DNA of 64,000 nucleotides from Lytechinus pictus. Its lineage: Eukaryota. The notes under the pieces are model-generated. The model was not told the origin of the DNA. It saw nothing but the letters and a program-made list of their open reading frames with translations, and did not search any database. A program made the position numbers and the translations under genes. The stretch spans positions 13,084,001-13,148,000 of the forward strand of contig NC_087245.1 of the NCBI RefSeq assembly GCF_037042905.1, in the 5' to 3' direction. Shown here in pieces: positions 53,788 through 64,000 of the stretch (position 1 is its first letter; each line of letters begins with the position of its first letter).

Positions 53788-56700
53788 GAAAGCTGTATAC
53801 GGTAGCCATCCAATATAATTTTTGTCGGCGCATGCATACGAATCACTTCTCACAATAATGACTACGTCATCAAAACTCGGAAACTATCCTTTACTTCAAA
53901 GCTATTATAGTATCCTCAACTATTCTAATTGGTCAGAAGGAGTATAACCTATTTTCATTATTTTCACTGACCACAATTAAACTAGCCGGGTGGTTCTCAA
54001 CACAAATTACACTGTTATAATGGTCAATGTTTGACCACAATAAGTTTCGGATATTGAGGGTGTTTCCTTGTTAGGCTAGCCATGGAAGACCTTCATTCGA
54101 CCTCTAAAAGGGAGAAAGGAAAAGAAAGAAATTCTGATTCAGGAATGGATTGAATTATCAATAATAATGAGGGGTTTTTGCAATGATTTTGCGGAGATGT
54201 CCACGCTATAATCTGTTGGTACTATTTAAAATGACATTTTGAATACGAATTAGTAAACCTCCGTTTAAATCCATGTGAAACTTAAATTGTTTGGTTTTCT
54301 AGTTTTGCTCTCTTTTTTTTTTCATTTTTTTTTGTTATAATTTGTGTTTTTCCGTTATGCATTTCTTTTGTTTTGTATTCATATATGTGTTTTTTTTTAC
54401 ATTTGTTCTTCTTATGTAATTTCATATAAAGGATCCTGCTGTACAAATTAATGTCTAAAGTTATAATTAAATGAAGGAAAAAAATATTGCCTTCTTTCAG
54501 ATCTTTGGAAATTATCAATTGAAAACGACGAGTTTTCAAAGATTGGGGTCTGCAAAAACTGAACGTGCATCACACTTGAAAAATTTCTTGAATGGAAGTG
54601 CGTTGAACTATAGGTACTATCTTGGACATATAAAGTCTATGATATGCAATAAACATGAGAGGCTGTCTATCATGTTAATTGCATAGCGAAGACAGACATG
54701 GCTCTGATAAAAGTATTGTATTGTTCTTTCTGACATGATTTTGATTTATTCAATTAATGTCTTTTTCGTAGAGAAATTAACATTTTATTTCTTTCAGTAG
54801 AATATAGAGCAAACAATCAAAGTTTCAGGACTGGTTAGTCTAGTAATTTTAATTGGTTTGTTCTCGAAGTAGACTTTTCAATGAAATATGGCAAGAACTT
54901 TTTTCCCCTTATTTTACTATTCATGCCCGCTCTCACCTCTAACACATTAACTTCCAAAGTATCTCAACTACTATTTTAATTCTGTCAATGCCCCATCCCT
55001 TTGCCCCATACCAACGCATGTGGAAGGTACAAGACATTCCCCATCAAAACCAAATAAAGGATAATCCAACAATTTAAGTAAGTACTACGCACGAGCCTTA
55101 AATCCTCCAACCACTTAATTAACCTTTTCAAACCTAAACCTAGCTACTTCCAAGCCCACACAAAAGGCATTGTACATCTCTAGTTAGCCTTATCCGGATA
55201 AAGGTTTGACAATAAAACCCTTCGACCCCTGCAAAGAGCCTACGAACAAAAGTCATCTACCGCTTTGACGCGCGCGTCTTTGCCCGAAGAGGAAACGCAA
55301 AATATTTTATATTCTCTCGAAACATGTTTGAAATCGTCCTTAGTTTTAATCTTGTTTTGGATTTCCATGAAGTGAGAGAAGTTTTATTCATGAAATTCAT
55401 AGTTCTCTACTAACTCACCAAAAATGCTTTTATCAACTACATCGTTAAAGACGGCACTCTGTAACGAAAACATACATTTATATTTTACATATTTTCGTTG
55501 TTAAATTTACTAGAGTTAGAAGCCTCGATTTTTGCTGAGTTTTTTAAAGTAAACATTGTTAATTTATAAACTATAGCTGAAATTTATGTTTCCCGAGTGT
55601 TCCCCAAGAAAACTGTGATATAGACAACATTATAGTAATCATACATTTATATTGCGTCTTGTGTTTTCAGGTAAACATATTGTATTTGTGTGTGTGGGGG
55701 GAGAGGTTACATGCCTACTTGGAGTTCACAAATTTCGTTATCGATGCATAACTGCATACAACTATTACGGTTAGATATCAGTTACAAACACCGTATTGAT
55801 ACAAGGTGGTCTTAAATAAGGATTATCAAAAGTAGTTGATTTGACTTTTTATTGACGCTTTCAGAAGCTTCGCTGTCCAGTGATCTCGCCCCGTTTTTCG
55901 TTCTCTTTTCTTTCACCGAGTCAAGTTATCCGAGATTAAGAAAAAAGAGTGTATAGAGATGTACAATAAGCCTAAGACACCCCGATACCTCACCATCAAG
56001 TATGTGATACTTTAGGTTTATTGATTTTTTTTAGAATAGGCTATTTCTAGAGGTACCATTTTGCTTCATGAAAAAAAAGTGGCCGAGAACTTGGGGGCGG
56101 CATTGATGAGTCATAAAGGGTTCTTAACATGTTAGAGCATGACAAACAGGACAGGGATCCCTCCTTTCACATGATGCAGGTGGGAAACTTTCTTTTTGAA
56201 GACGAAAATTGGAAAGCTAGCTGTATCTAATTGTACTCATAAATGTGAGTTATGCGTGCTCAATCATTTATCTCAATTTGTCTGAGATCCGAAATCGTCT
56301 TGCATATACCATCCTGTTTATGTCGTGTAATAATATATCAGACTGGGCGAAACGAGCGAGAAACACCCTTCTCTCATAGTATAAACGATAATTCTTTAAT
56401 CACACCATATTGTCACAGGCTTCTCTGAAAATAATGTATATAAGAAAATATATGGTCACCTCGCTTGCTCAATTCGTTTGCTTTCCAATCATCCTTAGTA
56501 TCAATACGAGTCTATAGCGTATATAAGAAAATAAGCGATTTAGTTAAAGAAATGTAATTTCATGATCAAAATACAATATAAGCCAAATATATTTGGTAAA
56601 ATATATCTGCTGAATATCGCTTTACTCTGGAATTTTGTCACGATGCTGACCAAAACTATTTCATTTTACTAGCGAGCCGAGCGACCGACGGATAAAAGGA

Positions 56701-59036
56701 ACATTTTTTTTCTAGAACATTATTCGATTCGCATCTTGAATATATTAGATGCGTTTTTATACTAGTATATTGTCTAATAACATATCGTTTCCCACACTCT
56801 AATGATAATCTGAATCAAGTAGCTAGAATGATATGAGTGGCTCAGATTTTATGAGCAAGCGTAGTGAGGGGAATAAACACTTTAAAATTAGAGAACAATT
56901 AACTATTGTGATTATGTGGCAAAGTCGAACCCGTTATACGTAATAGAAGAAAGACTTTAAAAGATTGGTGATATGTTAATATAGATATCTGTGCAAATGA
57001 GGGGATTAACTGAAAAGTATGAATAGATCAAGAAAAAAAAAACATATGAATGAATAAATCATGTTATAATGGATGAATTTGATAGATGATTACATAATTA
57101 ATATAGACGGAAAGAGGAGCAATATGAAAATGTGAAGATCATGACAACAAAATGCAAAAATTAGCGAAAGCTGGCAGCAGACAGAATAAGAAAAACGTGT
57201 CGTTTATCCAGAAGACAAATAGAGGTATTCACCAGTTGCCCCGTTTTAATTTCATCTGACACGATGCATTCATTATTACTCCTTAGTGTATTTACATTTA
57301 GCTGTTGAGGATAATTTTTAGAATTCATGAAAATGAAGAGAAAGTAAATGAAAGAAAGTAAAGGCAAAGTAAGTTTACCGATTTTTTTTAATATGCTAAA
57401 GCGATTCGGTTTAGACCTAGAAATCACCTATATAAGAGCAAAATTTGATTTCATTCTTCTCATTTTTCTCATATTTGTTTACCTTGCCTTTCGTAGAACA
57501 AAGTAATTAACATTTTATTGTGGCTTAATAGCAATCTCGCTTTCTTGTATTCCTGATGTTAAAGGTTCATCGTGGTCATCGCATTTTAACACATCTTAAC
57601 AGCCCTGCAAGCCTTCCACAAACGGCTTCTCTGCAACATAAATTTTGCGGTATTTACCGTCTCATCTTAACTCATCCCACCGCTTTATATTCTTCTTTTC
57701 TTTGATGAGAACACCAATTGAGGATAATCCATCTTTAGAGTGACACTGATTGAAGCCGTTTTGTCTGATGAAACATCGCTTCAAACTCATCAAAACATTA
57801 CCAATATCCTAAGGTTTTTCGATGTCAACTTCTGATTAATTCTTAACCATCATGATTAAACGAGGGTGTCAACGAACTGCACAACCGACTTGGAGATTTT
57901 CTTTCCCCTTGTCACCTGTCTTCCGTCTTTTGATATCCTGATTTGTTAATTCTATACCAGTAAAGAACCTTAAATGGTTACTACGCGTCATTGTCCAGAC
58001 ACTAACGCAATTATTTAGCCCAAAACATCGAAGTATAAGAGAGGTTTTATATAAAAGGTCGTAAAAAACGCGCTGTTATCCCCCGCCTCTTGCCCCTTTT
58101 TTGTTCCTTAGAATTTCAACAATTTAGGTATATTTTTTAAGCACTTTGATATCGAGTTTTGTTTGTATTGTGGATTGGGAAGTGATGTCTTCATCAAGTA
58201 TTTACTGGGAGAATAAGTGATGTCCGGGAAATCACGAAGAATACGACCGATAAACAAGTTTGGTTTATCCTGAAAGTATATTATGGGGGATGAAAATGTT
58301 GGAATATTGATAGAAGTTAAAATGGAGGAGAGGCTTAGAAACTTTTGAAAAAATACTTAAAAGGTGTTTAATCGGAAAACTAATATTTCATGATTATGTT
58401 TCATCTCTTTTGCAATACACAAATCGATAACGAGACATAATATAGAAATGATAATAAACATGATGATGCTGCTGGTGATGAGTTGAAAAAAGATGGACAT
58501 CGTTTCTGAAGTTTAGATTTGATAAAGAAAATACATTACTTAATCGTATTATGATGATGACGATATTGAAAATCAAGGCAACGATGGTAGTGGCGAGGAT
58601 TCCAACAATAATGAAATGGATACAACTTGACATTAAAAAATGTTAATAAATGCCACAAACGGAAATAATTTCCAATTTGTTGCTGAAACAAAGCTCAATT
58701 TTTAGATATTCTACTTTCAAAACCACCAAACCTACTCCCTCTCGACACTAAGATATTGATCGCCCGATTGATAGAAGGTTTTAAAACTAATTTCTCGCTT
58801 CGGTCTCTTTTTAAGTGGTTTAGATCGATTGCTCAAACGTTTGAGAAAGAAAGTGAAAAGAATAAGTTAAATTCCGCTAAATCGCGGATTACTGAATGCA
58901 TTGGGACCACACAATGTGGAAAATATCCCTATCATCAGAATCATCAACCTTTTCCAGCCGACCTTTATCCGACGAAAGAGGGGGCATAGTCCGTTACAGG
59001 CAAATGCAATGTGCATTTTAGAAAGTGTTACATAAA

Positions 59037-60068
59037 GGGAAAGTTCACCTGAACGTCAACTTTGTTAAAACGGAAAACATTCGAGAAACATAATGGCGAA
59101 AATCCATCAAATAATAAAAACGCTATGCGGTTTGCAACGTCACACGCAAACAACTCCCTTTTTATTTCATGTAGAAATTTAATCAAATTCCATTTTCGCA
59201 TAAAACTAGAAATAATTTTACCAAAAAATAAATTTGCAATCAAACTTATTATTTCTCTTTTACAATTTCATACACACTTGATAAGACCCAAAATAAATGT
59301 AAATTATTTTCAGTGATCATGAGCCATTTTGAAATAGAATTTTATTGAATGTCTACACATGCATGGCACTCGGAAGCGGGGGTGCTGCATGTATTATTCT
59401 CCATTAGCAGCACCCCCTGGAATTCTGGTAGGTGTTTAAAAAAAAGAGAAAATGTAAAAAAATAAAATAAACTTCACTTTGTAGTGAATTTTTTTTTGCT
59501 TGTCAAATTTCTTGAGACCAAAATAACTTTCATTTTGTATTGAAACTTTTGTTTTGCTTGTCAAAATTTACATCAGCACCCCCAGTAAAAAAAAATCGTT
59601 CACAGGGCCCTGGACACATGGGGGCAGCTGCTCGCATGAAATGTCACAAAATCATGCAAATGAGACAGTTGATGATGTCCCTCACTATTTCTTTTGTTTT
59701 TTATTGTTTGAATTATACAATATTGCATTTTTTTTTTATACAGATTTGACAATAAGGACCAACTTGACAGAACCATATAGTATTGAACAATGGTAATTCT
59801 ACATGCTCAGGGAGGAATTAATCGCCTTTTCACTTGACAATGAAGAGAAAATTATAATATTTCACATAATGAAATACAAAAGAAATAGTGAGTGGATGAC
59901 GTCATCAGTTTTCTCATTTGCATACCTACCAGGATGTGCATATTACTGTGTTGTGAAATTAAGCGAAACTTTGAAATATAACTTTCTTATTTTACATCCG
60001 ATTTTGATGAAATTTTCAGTATTATGCTTGTTGGTTTTTTTTTCTTTTTATTAAAAAAACTTGTCCTT
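59037..60068. mobile_element. Composite TTAA/Kolobok-like element with nested insertion
   Basis: The left end agggaaagttcacctga matches the 737-1235 family. The right end is acttgtcct-ttaa. It has internal inverted arms (atgcaaatgaga...ctcactatttctttt / aaaagaaatagtgag...tctcatttgcat). Confidence 0.68.
59362..59612. mobile_element. hAT-like MITE nested in the TTAA element
   Basis: catggcactcggaagcgggggtgctg ... aaaatcgttcacagggccctg. The 8-bp flanks tacacatg / gacacatg match at 7/8. Confidence 0.78.
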
Positions 60069-61588
60069 TAATTCTTGAAAATCGTAGCTGTTTACGCCTC
60101 TTCTCAGCCCGATACCTTTCATGTTCAAAATACCATGTGACCATCTGAACATTATATTATGAACCCTGAAGCTCAACCCTTTTACATTATAAATTGAAGC
60201 TATATTTATGAGGCTTATGAATTATACATTTTGTACGAGGCTCCCCCATGTTTAGAAGCATCAGGGTATGTGACAAACGTCAACTCGGTTAAATTTATGG
60301 ATTGACGGTTATGTATTCATTTTGTTGCAAAGGAAGGAATGATTCCTCAAATTTGACATTGCACTATACATGATCATGGAAATTTGCCTGAAATTGATTC
60401 GTTCTCTTCGAGCCAGGAACTTTCATTCGTCATGTAACGAGGAGGGAAGCGGTCTAGTAATTCGGACACACATTGCCATGTAACAAAGTGCTGAAAGATT
60501 AGCGATGTTTCTAGGTTATGCCTTGATCAACCAGTAGATTCCAGTAAGAATTCAAATCAAATTGGTATCATTTGGTTGATTATGACTATTTATATATGGC
60601 CAAATAATATTTTTCGCTTTTGATATTTTTGGCCCAGGTAACAGAGAGTGAAAAGACTATTCTGTCAGTCGGGCGACTGCTTTCACATAATGACCAATGC
60701 AACCAATCGTAATTATAGCGCTCGGTGTAACGTACAACATGCAGATTTCTTGATGTGTTTCATGGTGTTTGGGGGTAACTAGCAGACCTATACTACTTGA
60801 GTGCCAAGCAAGCGAATGGGGCGATCGAGCGCATGAAGGGTATATATTTTTACTTTCTGAAAGTCTGATTGCACGTTCAACAAGTCTCTTGTACCCTGTA
60901 AATTGATTCTGCTTTGTTATGACAGTAACGCAGAGACATAATTTCATTATATACTAAAAGTACCAACATTCTTAATCTCTAGAACTAATTGAAAAAAAAA
61001 GTTCACATATCATGCACGTTTGGAGGGTAAATGTTTTTGGGTAAACTAGAAAGCGTAATGGTAAATGTCCACTCAACATTGTGTTAACTTTACCAGCAAA
61101 CATGCAGACACGCCCCCTCTTTACCCAATATTAAGGGGGGGGGGTGGTTAGACTGTGACGGATCATCGCATTTACACATTATTTTCTTTTCTATACCAAG
61201 TTATATAAAAATACAAGCATTCTATCAAATCATTTACGGTCATCACAACCATGGTTATTGATATTTAGATTAATTACTGTTTCATTGGTTGTCGCGATAA
61301 TTGACCACCCGATTTCATGCAGGTCAATCAAGATAAAACGCTTGCATCTGCGGCCGTTACTGAACAACATTTAATGATGTTATGACAGACAAGTTCCCAG
61401 TACATGAATTATGTAATCAAGGTAAAGGGAGTATTTTCCCGTCCATTGACCTTTGTCAGCAATTATGTGGGCAAATCTAGATACATGAGTAATTGAGTAT
61501 AAAAAAAGACTATTTAGATGACGAATAATATGACGTAATAAAGGAAAATATACATTAAAAAATATTTTTTATTGTACGAATGGCGTCG

Positions 61589-62815
61589 CACAGTGGGCCG
61601 GGGCGAAACAAAAGTGCGCCAAAAGTCATTTTGGGCAATTTCAGATTTTTATTTTTTGTTATGCCCAGCTGAAAGACAACACTTTGAAGAATACTTCAGC
61701 AAAATATTTAATTCCGAAATTTGCATAAAGGTTGTTAATTTCCAACCTCAAATCGTAAAATGTGACATTTTGCGAAATGCCGCGTATATGACAACTTAGT
61801 TGAAAAACAGGCAATTTCCCAGGAGGTTTTTCATGTAGGAATCTGAAATGGCTCCAACATAATCCTGATATATTCTTTTTTTGTGTGTGAAAGGGTTCAA
61901 AGTAGATAAAAGACACCTTTCAGGAGGTTTATAGTATGATTATTCCTCGAAATAGGCTGAAAATCCATGTTTTTTGCATTTACATTAGAAACGTTTGGAT
62001 TTCCGTGGATTTCCGTCTAATTTCTATCATCATCATTTTTTCTGATGTCTAAGCTTTAAGACGATACCAAATTTAGCTGCCCGTTTTTGCCCGTTGCCAT
62101 GTGAGAGCCGATTTTACTTGACACAACACCCCCAAAACCTGTTCAAAAACGGTAATTTTATACCGCGCATTCATTGTAGCGCACCGTATGGGTGTACATT
62201 GCCGTTCGCTTTTGCACGGCGAGGACGATTCCCCTTCCATTCCATGAAAATGACATGAATTCCGGGCAAAATGTAAACAAAATAAAGGTTGCTAACGCAA
62301 ATAAGGGCTATACTCACAACTCTTCCAGAGTTAAAACTTACTTGTAGAATAATTTCAGCCAAAAACCCTCCTCATAGTAATACATTCTTGGTGCTAAATA
62401 CACTACATTTTACACAAGTAAACACAGCTTCATAAAGCACGGTTAATATTTTTCAGATTTTCTTTTTTCTTTTTATAAATCTAATTAATGATCATTTTGA
62501 TGCTATAAAATTATTTTCAGGATCTCATACACACTTTTTAGGCATGTGAGAAGCCTAAACCAACATTCACTCTGGTCAATCTTAAAGTAGCACATAACAC
62601 AAAATTTATATACTACACATTGTCTAGCGTAATTTGTCTTCACAGATAGGTTTTAAGTAGCCAATCAAAATTTGGTATCAAGGTGACGTCAAATCGGCTT
62701 TAGATTATGTTCAGTCGATTCTACGCCAAAAATTACCCATAGTCACCTTGTTAAAGTAAAAATCTAACGCGGAATATAATTTTGGCGCACTTTCAACTCA
62801 TTCTGGCCCACTGTG
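61589..62815. mobile_element. Non-autonomous Transib/RAG-like DNA transposon
   Basis: Both ends read CACAGTGGGCC...AAAGTGCGCCAAAA inward, an imperfect TIR of about 36 bp. There is a perfect 5-bp GC-rich TSD, CGTCG (61584-61588 and 62816-62820). No transposase ORF is present. Confidence 0.88.
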
Positions 62816-64000
62816 CGTCGTTGAGGACTGGGGGAGCCAAATCTTCTACTTTGCCTACTTCTAACCTATGAACTTTTTAGAAATACATGTAGAATGAATC
62901 TTAAATCAATGAATCAATAAGTTCAACGATGATGACAATTCAAAGGCGATGAAATGCATACGCCATCTAGTGTGCTTCATTTTCGTAGATACATATTCAG
63001 AAGGCTTTATGAAAGGGCAAAAAATAAAAAATAAAGATCAAAGTATACCTTACGAACAAAAATACATATGTAAAAAATATAGCTTTGAATTACATCAACC
63101 CTGTTTAAAACCTATCATTAATGATTGCATCATTTTCTAAGTAAGTGGTGCATGTTCGAATAAATTTTTCCTCTTATTGAATAATTACCAACCATGGAAA
63201 CGGATCATTAGATAATGGTGGCTTAAATATCGGATAAGAAAGAAAGAAAGAAATATATATAAGACATGTAAAAGAAAGAATTAAACAATGTGAACAACTG
63301 AGGAAAAAAGAAGGGGATAATGATGAATATGCTGGATATGATAAGCATATGAATCTACACCCCAAAAGATAAGGACAGAAATACAAAAATATACACCTGT
63401 TCTGTCGCAGTCTCAACGAGCCGGACTAAAACGATCGATATGCTAAAGAACCCCAAAACCAATCGTTTCGATCGGTATTAAGTATTTTTTGTTCGTGTGA
63501 CTGTGACACTAGCTGTTGCCTAAATCTTGCCACACACGATTTCATTAAAAACGACAATGTTTTTTTTTCCTTTTTTAAACTTCAGCATGTCCTAGTTTCA
63601 TTTGCAACAAGTACGTTTGATAGAAAGATTCTCAAATTTCTACAAAAACAAGATTCGTTTAGCGAAGTCGCAAGGTGCCACTTATGTCTTTAAAGTCATA
63701 AAGTATCGCCCTTTTTTAGCCAAAGACATAATTTGAATGGATGTTCGTTCTTACTGCGGAATGATATCTTTACTTTTCATCAATCTTGTTAAAAAAAAGA
63801 GTTGATTCAATTTTTAGTCATTTTATAGGTCAATTATTAAAACAAATAAATTGAATAAAGGTACTGCTTTACATTTCAAAGTTAACACATAAATGTACTA
63901 AGATGTCTTTTGTAAAATTCCTGAAATAGTATAAAATTGATTTTACTAATTTCTTCATTTATCTATATTGTTTTATTCATTCATTCATTCATTCAAGACA

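Noticed and set aside
61572..62362. Short ORFs inside the Transib-like element
   Set aside because: They have no recognisable RAG1-core or Transib transposase motifs.

Overview
This is an AT-rich animal genomic window, probably an echinoderm or sea urchin (inferred from the repeat types and protein style). It holds one complete four-exon Wnt1/wingless gene on the minus strand: CDS join(complement 46765-46856, 26311-26576, 13614-13879, 10826-11311), 1110 nt, 369 aa. The introns are about 20.2, 12.4 and 2.3 kb. Exon 1 encodes the signal peptide, is missing from the ORF track and was found by hand. The rest is non-coding and dense in non-autonomous DNA transposons of several superfamilies (Tc1/mariner, hAT, CACT-ended 2-bp-TSD, TTAA/Kolobok-like, Harbinger-like), plus microsatellites and short tandem duplications. 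The most striking accessory feature is a 1227-bp Transib/RAG-like element (61589-62815). It has perfect CACAGTG RSS heptamers at both ends, a perfect 5-bp CGTCG target-site duplication, and nonamer-like motifs at 12- and 23-bp spacing. Regulatory candidates include a uORF overlapping the Wnt1 start codon, four miR-200/miR-8-type seed matches in the presumed 3' UTR, and a TATA/CCAAT/CSL-containing putative promoter.
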